A DNA stretch of 64,000 nt from Eledone cirrhosa (lineage: Eukaryota), in assembly GCA_964016885.1 (NCBI GenBank), contig CAXHJY010001646.1, forward strand, positions 9,130 to 73,129, written 5' to 3'. The position numbers and the translations under genes are program-made. The notes below the pieces were generated by a model that searched no databases, had not been told where the DNA came from, and was given only the letters and a program-made list of their open reading frames with translations. Positions 1 through 13,027 of the stretch are shown piece after piece; position 1 is the stretch's first letter; each line of letters begins with the position of its first letter.

Positions 1-51
1 ATTACTAAGATCAAGAATAGTCCTTGTATCATTGTTAAATGTAGTTGTTTT

Positions 52-3000
52 GGAGGTGGTGTTGGTGTAGCTGGTGGTGTTGTAGTTGGTGTAGGTGGTG
101 GTGTAGCTGGTGGTGGTGGTGTAGCTGGTGGTGGTGTTGTAGTTGGTGGTGGTGTTGTAGTTGGTTGTGGTGGTGATGTTGGTGGTGGTGGTGATGTTGG
201 TGGTGGTGGTGTAGTTGGTTGTGGTGGTGTAGTTGGTTGTGGTGGTGATGTAGCTGGTGGTGGTGTTGTTGTTGTAGTTGGTGGTGGTGGTGGTGGTGTA
301 GCTAGTGGTGGTGGTGTAGCTGGTGGTGGTGTTGTTGTAGTTGGTGGTGGTGTTGTTGTAGTTGGTGGTGGTGGTGTAGTTGGTGGTGGTGTTGTAGTTG
401 GTGGTGGTGGTGGTGTTGTAGTTGGTGGTGGTGTTGTAGTTGGTTGTGGTGGTGGTGTAGTTGGTGGTGGTGGTGTAGTTGGTGGTGGTGGTGTAGTTGG
501 TTGGTGGTGGTGTTGTAGTCGGTGGTGGTGGTGGTGTTGTAGCTGGTGGTGGTGGTGTAGTTGGTGGTGGTAGTGTTGTAGTTGGTGGTGGTGGTGTTGT
601 AGTTGGTGGTGGTGGTGTTGTAGTTGGTGGTGGTGTTGTAGTTGGTGGTGGTGTTGTTGTAGCTGGTGGTGTTGTAGCTGGTGGTGGTGTTGTAGTTGGT
701 GGTGGTGTTGTCGTAGTTGGTGGTGGTGTTGTAGTTGGTGGTGGTGTTGTAGCTGGTGGTGGTGTTGTAGTCGGTGGTGGTGGTGGTGTTGTAGCTGGTG
801 GTGGTGGTGTAGTTGGTGGTGGTAGTGTTGTAGTTGGTGGTGGTGGTGTTGTAGTTGGTGGTGGTGGTGTTGTAGTTGGTGGTGGTGTTGTAGTTGGTGG
901 TGGTGTTGTTGTAGCTGGTGGTGTTGTAGCTGGTGGTGGTGTTGTAGTTGGTGGTGGTGTTGTCGTAGTTGGTGGTGGTGTTGTAGTTGGTGGTGGTGTT
1001 GTAGGTGGTGGTGGTGTTGTAGTTGGTGGTGGTGTTGTAGCTGGTGGTGGTGGTGTAGTTGGTGGTGGTGTTGTAGTTGGTGGTGGTGGTGTAGGTGGTG
1101 GTGTTGTTGTAGTTGGTGGTGGTAGTGTTGTAGTTGGTGGTGGTGGTGTTGTAGTTGGTGGTGGTGGTGTTGTAGTTGGTGGTGGTGTTGTAGTTGGTGG
1201 TGGTGTTGTTGTAGCTGGTGGTGTTGTAGCTGGTGGTGGTGTTGTAGTTGGTGGTGGTGTTGTCGTAGTTGGTGGTGGTGTTGTAGTTGGTGGTGGTGTT
1301 GTAGGTGGTGGTGGTGTTGTAGTTGGTGGTGGTGGTGTAGTTGGTGGTGGTGTTGTTGCAGTCGGTGGTGGTGGTGTAGTCGGTGGTGGTGGTGTAGTCG
1401 GTGGTGGTGGTGTAGTCGGTGGTGGTGGTGTAGTCGGTGGTGGTGGTGTTGTAGTTGGTGGTGGTGTTGTAGGTGGTGGTGGTGTTGTAGTTGGTGGTGG
1501 TGTTGTAGTTGGTGTAGTTGTTGGTGGTGGTGTAGCTGGTGGTGGTGGTGTAGTTGGTGGTGGTGTTGTAGTTGGTGGTGGTGGTGTAGGTGGTGGTGTT
1601 GTTGTAGTTGGTGGTGGTGGTGGTGTAGCTGGTGGTGGTGGTGTAGTTGGTGGTGGTGTTGTAGTTGGTGGTGGTGTTGTAGTTGGTGGTGGTGGTGTAG
1701 GTGGTGGTGTTGTAGTTGGTGGTGGTGGTGGTGTAGCTGGTGGTGGTGGTGTAGCTGGTGGTGGTGTTGTTGTAGTTGGTGGTGGTGGTGGTGTAGCTGG
1801 TGGTGGTGGTGTAGTTGGTGGTGGTGTTGTAGTTGGTGGTGGTGGTGTAGTTGGTGGTGGTGGTGTAGTTGGTGGTGGTGGTGTAGTTGGTGGTGGTGTT
1901 GTAGTTGGTGGTGGTGGTGTAGCTGGTGGTGGTGTTGTTGTAGTTGGTGGTGGTGGTGTTGTAGTTGGTGGTGGTGGTGTAGTTGGTGGTGGTGGTGTAG
2001 TTGGTGGTGGTGTTGTAGTTGGTGGTGGTGGTGTAGCTGGTGGTGGTGGTGTAGTTGGTGGTGGTGTAGTTGGTGGTGGTGTTGTAGCTGGTGGTGGTGT
2101 TGTAGTTGGTGGTGGTGGTGTAGCTGGTGGTGGTGTTGTAGCTGGTGGTGGTGGTGTAGTTGGTGGTGGTGTTGTAGTTGGTGGTGGTGGTGGTGTTGTA
2201 GATGGTGGTGGTGGTGTAGCTGGTGGTGGTGGTGTAGTTGGTGGTGGTGTTGTAGTTGGTGGTGGTGGTGGTGTTGTAGCTGGTGGTGGTGGTGTAGTTG
2301 GTGGTGTGTTGTAGTTGGTGGTGGTGGTGGTGTTGTAGCTGGTGGTGGTGGTGTAGTTGGTGGTGGTGTTGTAGCTGGTGGTGGTGTTGTAGTTGGTGGT
2401 GGTGTTGTAGTTGGTGGTGGTGGTGGTGTTGTAGCTGGTGGTGGTGGTGTAGCTGGTGGTGGTGGTGTAGTTGGTGGTGGTGTTGTAGTTGGTGGTGGTG
2501 GTGTAGTTGGTGGTGGTGTTGTAGTTGGTGGTGGTGTTGTAGCTGGTGGTGGTGTTGTAGCTGGTGGTGGTGTTGTAGCTGGTGGTGGTGGTGTAGTTGG
2601 TGGTGGTGGTGTAGTTGGTGGTGGTGGTGTAGTTGGTGGTGGTGTTGTAGTTGGTGGTGGTGGTGTAGTTGGTGGTGGTGGTGTAGTTGGTGGTGGTGGT
2701 GTAGTTGGTGGTGGTGTTGTAGCTGGTGGTGGTGTTGTAGTTGGTGGTGGTGGTGTAGCTGGTGGTGGTGTTGTAGCTGGTGGTGGTGGTGTAGTTGGTG
2801 GTGGTGTTGTAGTTGGTGGTGGTGGTGGTGTTGTAGCTGGTGGTGGTGGTGTAGCTGGTGGTGGTGTTGTAGTTGGTGGTGGTGGTGTAGTTGGTGGTGG
2901 TGTTGTAGCTGGTGGTGGTGTTGTAGCTGGTGGTGGTGTTGTAGTTGGTGGTGGTGGTGGTGTTGTAGCTGGTGGTGGTGGTGTAGCTGGTGGTGGTGGT

Positions 3001-6000
3001 GTAGTTGGTGGTGGTGTTGTAGTTGGTGGTGGTGGTGTAGTTGGTGGTGGTGTTGTAGTTGGAGGTGGTGTTGTAGTTGGAGGTGGTGTTGTAGTTGGTG
3101 GTGGTGTTGTAGCTGGTGGTGGTGTTGTAGTTGGTGGTGGTGGTGTAGTTGGTGGTGGTGGTGTAGTTGGTGGTGGTGGTGTAGTTGGTGGTGGTGGTGG
3201 TGGTGGTGTAGCTGGTGGTGGTGTTGTAGTTGGTGGTGGTGTTGTAGTTGGTGGTGGTGTTGTAGTTGGTGGTGGTGGTGTAGTTGGTGGTGGTGGTGTA
3301 GTTGGTGGTGGTGGTGTAGTTGGTGGTGGTGTTGTAGTTGGTGGTGGTGTTGTAGTTGGTGGTGGTGGTGTAGTTGGTGGTGGTGGTGTAGTTGGTGGTG
3401 GTGTTGTAGTTGGAGGTGGTGTTGTAGTTGGTGGTGGTGTTGTAGTTGGTGGTGGTGTTGTAGTTGGTGGTGGTGTTGTAGTCGGTGGTGGTGGTGTAGT
3501 TGGTGGTGGTGTTGTAGTTGGTGGTGGTGGTGTAGTTGGTGGTGGTGGTGGTGTAGTCGGTGGTGGTGTTGTAGTTGGTGGTGGTGGTGTAGTTGTGGTG
3601 GTGGTGTAGTTGGAGGTGGTGTTGTAGTCGGTGGTGGTGGTGTAGTCGGTGGTGGTGTTGTAGTTGGTGGTGGTGGTGTAGTTGGTGGTGGTGGTGTAGT
3701 TGGTGGTGGTGTTGTAGTTGGTGGTGGTGTTGTAGTTGGTGGTGGTGGTGTAGTTGGTGGTGGTGTTGTAGTTGGAGGTGGTGTTGTAGTCGATGGTGGT
3801 GGTGTAGCTGGTGGTGGTGTTGTAGTTGGTGGTGGTGGTGTAGTTGGTGGTGGTGTTGTAGTTGGTGGTGGTGTTGTAGTTGGTGGTGGTGGTGTAGTTG
3901 GTGGTGGTGTTGTAGCTGGTGGTGGTGTTGTAGTTGGTGGTGGTGGTGTAGTTGGTGGTGGTGGTGTAGTTGGTGGTGGTGTTGTAGTTGGTGGTGGTGT
4001 TGTAGTTGGTGGTGGTGTTGTAGTTGGTGGTGGTGGTGTAGTTGGTGGTGGTGTTGTAGTTGGTGGTGGTGTTGTAGTTGGTGGTGGTGGTGTAGTTGGT
4101 GGTGGTGGTGTAGTTGGTGGTGGTGGTGTAGTTGGTGGTGGTGGTGTAGTTGGTGGTGGTGTTGTAGTTGGTGGTGGTGGTGTAGTTGGTGGTGGTGGTG
4201 TAGTTGGTGGTGGTGGTGTAGTTGGTGGTGGTGTTGTAGCTGGTGGTGGTGGTGTAGTTGGTGGTGGTGGTGTAGTCGGAGGTGGTGTTGTAGTCGGTGG
4301 TGGTGGTGTAGTTGGTGGTGGTGTTGTAGTTGGTGGTGGTGGTGTAGTTGGTGGTGGTGTTGTAGTTGGTGGTGGTGTTGTAGTTGGTGGTGGTGGTGTA
4401 GTTGGTGGTGGTGGTGTAGTTGGTGGTGGTGGTGTAGTTGGTGGTGGTGTTGTAGTTGGTGGTGTGGTGTAGTTGGTGGTGGTGTTGTAGTTGGTGGTGG
4501 TGGTGTAGTTGGTGGTGGTGGTGTAGTTGGTGGTGGTGGTGTAGTTGGTGGTGGTGGTGTAGTTGGTGGTGGTGTTGTAGTTGGTGGTGGTGGTGTAGTT
4601 GGTGGTGGTGTTGTAGTTGGTGGTGGTGGTGTAGTTGGTGGTGGTGGTGTAGTTGGTGGTGGTGGTGTAGTTGGTGGTGGTGTTGTAGTTGGTGGTGGTG
4701 TTGTAGTTGGTGGTGGTGGTGTAGTTGGTGGTGGTGTTGTAGTTGGTGGTGGTGGTGTAGTTGGTGGTGGTGGTGTAGTTGGTGGTGGTGTTGTAGTTGG
4801 TGGTGGTGTTGTAGTTGGTGGTGGTGGTGTAGTTGGTGGTGGTGGTGTAGTTGGTGGTGGTGGTGTAGTTGGTGGTGGTGTTGTAGCTGGTGGTGGTGTT
4901 GTAGTTGGTGGTGGTGGTGTAGTTGGTGGTGGTGGTGTAGTTGGAGGTGGTGTTGTAGTCGGTGGTGGTGGTGTAGTTGGTGGTGGTGTTGTAGTTGGTG
5001 GTGGTGGTGTAGTTGGTGGTGGTGGTGTAGTTGGTGGTGGTGGTGTAGTTGGTGGTGGTGGTGTAGTTGGTGGTGGTGTTGTAGTTGGAGGTGGTGTTGT
5101 AGTCGGTGGTGGTGGTGTAGCTGGTGTAGCTGGTGGTGGTGGTGTAGGTGGTGCTGGTGGTGGTGTAGGTGGTGGTGTTGTAGTTGTTGGTGGTGGTGGT
5201 GTTGTAGCTGGTGGTGGTGTTGTAGTTGGTGGTGGTGGTGTAGTTGGTGGTGGTGGTGTAGTTGGTGGTGGTGTTGTAGTTGGTGGTGGTGTTGTAGTTG
5301 GTGGTGGTGTTGTAGTTGGTGGTGGTGGTGTAGTTGGTGGTGGTGTTGTAGTTGGAGGTGGTGTTGTAGTCGGTGGTGGTGGTGTAGCTGGTGGTGGTGG
5401 TGTAGCTGGTGGTGGTGGTGTAGGTGGTGGTGTTGTAGTTGTTGGTGGTGGTGGTGTTGTAGCTGGTGGTGGTGTTGTAGCTGGTGGTGGTGTTGTAGCT
5501 GGTGGTGGTGGTGTAGTTGGTGGTGGTGGTGTAGTTGGTGGTGGTGGTGTAGTTGGTGGTGGTGTTGTAGTTGGTGGTGGTGGTGTAGTTGGTGGTGGTG
5601 GTGTAGTTGGTGGTGGTGGTGTAGTTGGTGGTGGTGTTGTAGCTGGTGGTGGTGTTGTAGTTGGTGGTGGTGGTGTAGCTGGTGGTGGTGTTGTAGCTGG
5701 TGGTGGTGGTGTAGTTGGTGGTGGTGTTGTAGTTGGTGGTGGTGGTGGTGTTGTAGCTGGTGGTGGTGGTGTAGCTGGTGGTGGTGTTGTAGTTGGTGGT
5801 GGTGGTGTAGTTGGTGGTGGTGTTGTAGCTGGTGGTGGTGTTGTAGCTGGTGGTGGTGTTGTAGTTGGTGGTGGTGGTGGTGTTGTAGCTGGTGGTGGTG
5901 GTGTAGCTGGTGGTGGTGGTGTAGTTGGTGGTGGTGTTGTAGTTGGTGGTGGTGGTGTAGTTGGTGGTGGTGTTGTAGTTGGAGGTGGTGTTGTAGTTGG

Positions 6001-9000
6001 AGGTGGTGTTGTAGTTGGTGGTGGTGTTGTAGCTGGTGGTGGTGTTGTAGTTGGTGGTGGTGGTGTAGTTGGTGGTGGTGGTGTAGTTGGTGGTGGTGGT
6101 GTAGTTGGTGGTGGTGGTGGTGGTGGTGTAGCTGGTGGTGGTGTTGTAGTTGGTGGTGGTGTTGTAGTTGGTGGTGGTGTTGTAGTTGGTGGTGGTGGTG
6201 TAGTTGGTGGTGGTGGTGTAGTTGGTGGTGGTGGTGTAGTTGGTGGTGGTGTTGTAGTTGGTGGTGGTGTTGTAGTTGGTGGTGGTGGTGTAGTTGGTGG
6301 TGGTGGTGTAGTTGGTGGTGGTGTTGTAGTTGGAGGTGGTGTTGTAGTTGGTGGTGGTGTTGTAGTTGGTGGTGGTGTTGTAGTTGGTGGTGGTGTTGTA
6401 GTCGGTGGTGGTGGTGTAGTTGGTGGTGGTGTTGTAGTTGGTGGTGGTGGTGTAGTTGGTGGTGGTGGTGGTGTAGTCGGTGGTGGTGTTGTAGTTGGTG
6501 GTGGTGGTGTAGTTGGTGGTGGTGGTGTAGTTGGAGGTGGTGTTGTAGTCGGTGGTGGTGGTGTAGTCGGTGGTGGTGTTGTAGTTGGTGGTGGTGGTGT
6601 AGTTGGTGGTGGTGGTGTAGTTGGTGGTGGTGTTGTAGTTGGTGGTGGTGTTGTAGTTGGTGGTGGTGGTGTAGTTGGTGGTGGTGTTGTAGTTGGAGGT
6701 GGTGTTGTAGTCGATGGTGGTGGTGTAGCTGGTGGTGGTGTTGTAGTTGGTGGTGGTGGTGTAGTTGGTGGTGGTGTTGTAGTTGGTGGTGGTGTTGTAG
6801 TTGGTGGTGGTGGTGTAGTTGGTGGTGGTGTTGTAGCTGGTGGTGGTGTTGTAGTTGGTGGTGGTGGTGTAGTTGGTGGTGGTGGTGTAGTTGGTGGTGG
6901 TGTTGTAGTTGGTGGTGGTGTTGTAGTTGGTGGTGGTGTTGTAGTTGGTGGTGGTGGTGTAGTTGGTGGTGGTGTTGTAGTTGGTGGTGGTGGTGTAGTT
7001 GGTGGTGGTGGTGTAGTTGGTGGTGGTGGTGTAGTTGGTGGTGGTGGTGTAGTTGGTGGTGGTGTTGTAGTTGGTGGTGGTGGTGTAGTTGGTGGTGGTG
7101 GTGTAGTTGGTGGTGGTGGTGTAGTTGGTGGTGGTGTTGTAGCTGGTGGTGGTGGTGTAGTTGGTGGTGGTGGTGTAGTCGGAGGTGGTGTTGTAGTCGG
7201 TGGTGGTGGTGTAGTTGGTGGTGGTGTTGTAGTTGGTGGTGGTGGTGTAGTTGGTGGTGGTGTTGTAGTTGGTGGTGGTGTTGTAGTTGGTGGTGGTGGT
7301 GTAGTTGGTGGTGGTGGTGTAGTTGGTGGTGGTGGTGTAGTTGGTGGTGGTGTTGTAGTTGGTGGTGGTGGTGTAGTTGGTGGTGGTGTTGTAGTTGGTG
7401 GTGGTGGTGTAGTTGGTGGTGGTGGTGTAGTTGGTGGTGGTGGTGTAGTTGGTGGTGGTGGTGTAGTTGGTGGTGGTGTTGTAGTTGGTGGTGGTGGTGT
7501 AGTTGGTGGTGGTGTTGTAGTTGGTGGTGGTGGTGTAGTTGGTGGTGGTGGTGTAGTTGGTGGTGGTGGTGTAGTTGGTGGTGGTGTTGTAGTTGGTGGT
7601 GGTGTTGTAGTTGGTGGTGGTGGTGTAGTTGGTGGTGGTGTTGTAGTTGGTGGTGGTGGTGTAGTTGGTGGTGGTGGTGTAGTTGGTGGTGGTGTTGTAG
7701 TTGGTGGTGGTGTTGTAGTTGGTGGTGGTGGTGTAGTTGGTGGTGGTGGTGTAGTTGGTGGTGGTGGTGTAGTTGGTGGTGGTGTTGTAGCTGGTGGTGG
7801 TGTTGTAGTTGGTGGTGGTGGTGTAGTTGGTGGTGGTGGTGTAGTTGGAGGTGGTGTTGTAGTCGGTGGTGGTGGTGTAGTTGGTGGTGGTGTTGTAGTT
7901 GGTGGTGGTGGTGTAGTTGGTGGTGGTGGTGTAGTTGGTGGTGGTGGTGTAGTTGGTGGTGGTGGTGTAGTTGGTGGTGGTGTTGTAGTTGGAGGTGGTG
8001 TTGTAGTCGGTGGTGGTGGTGTAGCTGGTGTAGCTGGTGGTGGTGGTGTAGGTGGTGCTGGTGGTGGTGTAGGTGGTGGTGTTGTAGTTGTTGGTGGTGG
8101 TGGTGTTGTAGCTGGTGGTGGTGTTGTAGTTGGTGGTGGTGGTGTAGTTGGTGGTGGTGGTGTAGTTGGTGGTGGTGTTGTAGTTGGTGGTGGTGTTGTA
8201 GTTGGTGGTGGTGTTGTAGTTGGTGGTGGTGGTGTAGTTGGTGGTGGTGTTGTAGTTGGAGGTGGTGTTGTAGTCGGTGGTGGTGGTGTAGCTGGTGGTG
8301 GTGGTGTAGCTGGTGGTGGTGGTGTAGGTGGTGCTGGTGGTGGTGTAGGTGGTGCTGGTGGTGGTGTAGGTGGTGGTGTTGTAGTTGTTGGTGGTGGTGG
8401 TGTTGTAGCTGGTGGTGGTGGTGTAGTTGGTGGTGGTGTTGTAGTTGGTGGTGGTGGTGTAGCTGGTGGTGGTGGTGTAGCTGGTGGTGGTGGTGTAGTT
8501 GGTGGTGGTGGTGTTGTAGTTGGTGGTGGTGTTGTAGTTGGTGGTGGTGGTGTAGCTGGTGGTGGTGTTGTAGCTGGTGGTGGTGTTGTAGCTGGTGGTG
8601 GTGTTGTAGCTGGTGGTGGTGGTGTAGCTGGTGGTGGTGGTGTAGCTGGTGGTGGTGTTGTAGTTGGTGGTAGTGTTGTAGTTGGTGGTGGTGGTGTAGC
8701 TGGTGGTGGTGGTGTAGCTGGTGGTGTAGTTGGTGGTAGTGTTGTAGTTGGTGGTGGTGGTGTAGCTGGTGGTAGTGGTGTAGTTGTTGGTGATGTTGTA
8801 GTCGGTGGTGGTGGTGTAGTTCGTGGTAGTGTTGTAGTTGGTTGTGGTGCTGTGGTAGTGTTGTGGTGGTGTAGTTGGTGGTAGTGGTGTAGTTGGTTGT
8901 GGTGTTGTGGTTGGTTGTGGTGTTGTAGTTGGTGGTGGTGCTGTGGTAGTGTTGTGGTGGTGTAGTTGGTGGTGGTGCTGTAGTTGGTGGTGGTCTTGTG

Positions 9001-9270
9001 GTAGTGTTGTGGTTGGTTGTGGTGGTGTAGTTGGTTGTGGTGTTGTAGTTGGTGGTGGTGCTGTAGTTGGTGGTGGTGTTGTGGTAGTGTTGTGGTAGTG
9101 TTGTGGTTGGTTGTGGTGTAGTTGGTGGTGGTGGTGTAGTTGGTGGTGTTGGTGTAGTTGGTTGGAGGTGGTGTAGTTGGTGGTGGTGTTGTTGAAGGTG
9201 TTTTGGTTGATGGTGTTATTGGTGTTGGTGGTGTTGTAGTTGGAGGTGGTGTTATCGGAGGTGTTGGAGG
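52..9270. repeat. ~9.2 kb GGT-based satellite with a basic 18-bp unit GGTGGTGGT(GGT/GTT)GTAG(T/C)T
   Basis: Direct reading. It degenerates at both ends and lies downstream of the DTAGQ exon donor, i.e. in a Rit intron. Confidence 0.97.
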
Positions 9271-9723
9271 TCGTGGTTAAAACATTGCCTCAAAAAGATG
9301 CCTTATTAAATATGAAGCTCATAGTTCTGCTCTGTTTTAACAGGGAAAATAGTCTTAAAACTCCTGTGTGTGTGTTTGTGTGTGTGCACGCACATTTCAG
9401 TGCAGTTTGTGCATTGGTGTATTTGTGAATCCCCATAAAATGTCCAAATCCCCAGCCCACACCTAAACTCCACAGTCACTCCCTCTCCTCTCCCAACCAA
9501 TGTACACCAATACCCTCCCCAGCCCCTATCACCAATCCACCAATACCAACTCCCCCTATTACCAATCCACCAAGGTCATCCCCCTCACCAATCCAGCAAT
9601 AGCCCACCCCCCTCACCAATGTCTCCCTCCATACATGTCCATTAACCCCCCCCCCCCACATATACCAATACGCTAGTGTATACCCCCCCTGCATCTGTCC
9701 ATCAGTGTCCAAACACGACTTAC

Positions 9724-9797
9724 CTGTCCAGCAGTATCCAGAATGTCCAGCTGAGCTGGTTCTCCATCGATTCGAGCCTGTTGTTGGTAGGCATCCT
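9724..9797 (-). CDS. RIT: Internal exon (74 nt) of the same Rit-like GTPase: (E)DAYQQQARIDGEPAQLDILDTAGQ
   Basis: Acceptor ttctcttcccacAG and donor GTaagt. Contains the G3 motif LDILDTAGQ and is in frame with exon 10554-10610. Confidence 0.95.
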
Positions 9798-9798
9798 C

Positions 9799-10350
9799 TG
9801 TGGGAAGAGAAGTAAGACACGGTCATAACTCATGGCTGTGACATGTCATAACTATGATGTGGGAAGAGAACGACACAAGTTGGTCATAACTCATGGCTGT
9901 GACATGTCATAGCTATGATGTGGGAGGAGAACGACACAAGTTGGTCATAACTCAAGGCTGTGACATGTCATAGCTATGATGTGGGAGGAGAACGACACAA
10001 GTTGGTCATAACTCATAGCTGTGACATGTCATAGCTATGATGTGGGAGGAGAACGACACAAGTTGGTCATAACTCATAGCTGTGACATGTCATAGCTATG
10101 ATGTGAGAAGAGAAACATCACAAGTTGGTCATAACTCATGGCTGTGACATGTCATAGCTATGATGTGAGAGGAGAAACATCACAAGTTGGTCATAACTCA
10201 TGGCTGTGACATGCCATAGCTGTGGTATGTCATAGCTTCGATGCAGGAGGCATACAACACAAGTTGGTCATAATTCATAACTGTGGTATGTCATAAGCAA
10301 AGATAGATCGTAGCTATGATGTGGAAAGATAATGACACAAATTGGTCATA
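9799..10350. repeat. 61-bp minisatellite, ~9 copies, in the intron between the two Rit exons
   Basis: Unit tgtgggaggagaacgacacaagttggtcataactcatggctgtgacatgtcatagctatga, recurring at 9858, 9919, 9980 and onward. Confidence 0.93.
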
Positions 10351-10553
10351 ATTTTAAAATGAAATACGATGTGTTTTAGATCAATATAAACACATTTTCA
10401 ATTAAGATTTGATGGGTTATTTTTAGATTAAAAAAATGAACAATTTTAAAATGAACAGTTTTGTTCCCTATAGGGAAAGGTGAGGGACAGAGAGTTTGGT
10501 ATGAAAAGGGTTAGGATAATAAGAGAAAGAAGAGAATAAGAATAAATACTCAC

Positions 10554-10610
10554 CTATTGTAGGGTCATGATATTCTAAAAATCTGTGGCAGACAAACTGT
10601 ATTACAAGGG
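10554..10610 (-). CDS. RIT: Internal exon (57 nt) of a Rit/Rin/Ric-subfamily Ras GTPase: (A)LVIQFVCHRFLEYHDPTI(E)
   Basis: Minus-strand acceptor ctctttctctctattccAG and donor GTgagt. Translation gives the segment from the end of the P-loop to switch I. HDPTIEDAY (Ras has YDPTIEDSY) is typical of Rit/Rin/Ric. Splices in phase 1 to the next exon. Confidence 0.93.
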
Positions 10611-11689
10611 CTGGAATAGAGAGAAAGAGCAATGGTTAATGTGTGAGAGAGAGAGAGAGCTAATGTTATATATACATATGATATATTCACTGGTGGTTCT
10701 CCTAACCAATGAGGTTAGCTTTGCGGAACCTAAAATCATAGCCACACTTCCATTTTGGGGCTAATTTCTAACACAATTTGCCATTTTTTAAAATGAAAAT
10801 AATCTGACAACCAAGGAGGGGGGAGGTAGAAGTGGTGGGGAGTGGGGGTTGAAGTAGAGGGGTCTGGGAGGATGGCGTGGTGGAGAGTGGGGGGATGATG
10901 TGGTTTGCAGGTTTTCTTTGTAAAGAGTTAACAAGACAAACACTTACTGGTCTTCAAGATTTAACCTTTCAGTCAACATCTCAACATCCCAACCCCACCC
11001 CTACCTGGCACATGACATTACACCCATCACCACCACCACCACCCCTCCACCATCACCACCACTGACCCTTAATTAAAGTTGTTAGACTCGGAGATAAAGA
11101 TCTTTCTAGAGTTTAAATGACAGTTTGACAGCCCCCGCTTCACCCACCCACCTACCACACACATACACACACCTAACTTACCCACCACACCTACCCCTTG
11201 CACCTCACCCACCAACCACACCTACCCCACACACATACACAGTGTATGTGCATGGATATATAAGCTTGTGTGTGTATATACAAATATACACACACCACAG
11301 ACCACAACACACAACAACACCTCCTTAGAAAAACACCAAGTCTTCCTGTTCCTCACCCCTCAATGACACTCCCTCATTTATCCTCACCCCACTGGCCCCC
11401 ACCTACATACTTACAAAGATTTACCTAATTAGTTGTAGTTAAATTTTTTAAACCACACACACGCACACATATATACACACACACACACATCTCCACATAC
11501 GTTTACACCTAATTTTTAAAAGCTTTTTCAAAGTAATTCCCCACCTTGCTCTCTTTGCTGTCATAAGTACCACTTAAAAAATGACTTGTTAGTAAGAAAA
11601 CGTGCATATACACACATATGCATCCAAATACACACACACACACATCCACAGCAACATATACACACATACACACGCACACCAATATATCC

Positions 11690-11734
<45 letters not shown>

Positions 11735-11866
11735 CATATATATATATATGGACTTTCCTGATGATTTCATACAAATGGAACAGTTCTAGTCATGTAGAAG
11801 TCATTTCTATATAAAATAAATAAATATCAATGATATTAATAAATGGAAACTATCTTTATAAAACCA

Positions 11867-11935
11867 TATTTATTTTATTATATATATTTCAAGGGTACCA
11901 AAATTTTGGTACGCTCTCATCAGATAAAATAAATA
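11867..11935 (-). ncRNA. Type I hammerhead ribozyme motif in a Penelope-like terminal fragment
   Basis: Minus strand: stem I tatttattttat/ataaaataaata, CUGAUGA, stem II around the palindrome gtaccaaaattttggtac, GAAA, short palindromic stem III (atatatat), cleavage triplet AUA. Confidence 0.8.
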
Positions 11936-12310
11936 AATATATATATACATACTGATCAAGACGATCCGAAACCTTATTCGTTTACCAAGTAAGGTGAACC
12001 AAGGAAACAATATTTCCTTTGATCTTTCCATTGCTGATACTATCTGCTGGTTGCAATTCCAGGTAGAAGAAGCAACATGAAATAAAGTGTTTTGCTGAAG
12101 GACATAACACATCACCCAGTCCAGGAATTGAACTCACAACCTCATGATAGTGAATCCAAATCTCTAACCACCAAGCCACATGCCATCATAACATGCAAAA
12201 ACTGTTAAATTTAATTCACATTTATCATTTATTTTTTGGTGTTAAAATTTTTGTTGCACTGCTTGTGACCTGGTCACTGACACAGCTTCAGTTTATTGTT
12301 TTCATGTAGT

Positions 12311-12529
12311 TTAACACTTTAGCATTTAAACCGACCGTATCTGGCCAGAATTCTCTCACCTCTTTCTGTTCAAACTGGCTGTAACTGGCCACTCATACTA
12401 CTGTTAAGGTATTGTTCTCAAAATAAATAACATCAAAATCTCATTCGATATTATGCGAGGTAATTATGTATGATAAAGGCATAGCCACAAAAAATACAAT
12501 ATATATATATATAAATGGTAAAGGGTTAA
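12311..12529. mobile_element. TTAA-flanked MITE (piggyBac-like ends)
   Basis: ttaacactttagcattt ... aaatggtaaagggttaa form imperfect terminal inverted repeats ending in TTAA. Confidence 0.6.
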
Positions 12530-12980
12530 GTCTTAAAAGCCCGGAACAAATGATAGTACAAGCCACATGTTACATGTAGGTAGCAGGAGGACATGGTAGA
12601 TCATGGAGGAGGCTATTGTATGTAACATGGAGGATTGACATTAGATTTTATTAGAGGTATTATGTAGCCTATAGTGAAAACATTAAACAGAGCAGAGAGA
12701 CCTGATGTCTCACACAGCATGATAGGCTCTGTGACGGCTACAGTCCAAAGAAGAAAGAAAAAAGAAGAAAAAAGAAGAAAAAGAAAGAAGAAAAAGAAGA
12801 AAAAGAAAAAGAAGAAGAAAAAGAAAGAGAAAAAGAAGAAGAAGAAACAGAAGAGGAAGGAGAAGAAGACGACGACGACTAGGTAGAATAGGAAGGAGAC
12901 ATTTGATAAAAGGAAAATAAATTAGGGAAGTAAGACAAAAAACAAAGAAAAACTATAGGAAACAAAAGAAAGGATTTCCT

Positions 12981-13027
<47 letters not shown>

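Noticed and set aside
497-8884. Very long Gly/Val or Trp/Cys ORFs, and a stop-free Pro/Thr mucin-like reading on the minus strand
   Set aside because: Product of the GGT satellite. It has several 1-bp frameshifts, no unique coding flanks or splice support, and lies in a Rit intron.
12674-12886. Lysine-rich ORF
   Set aside because: (GAA/AAA)n simple repeat.
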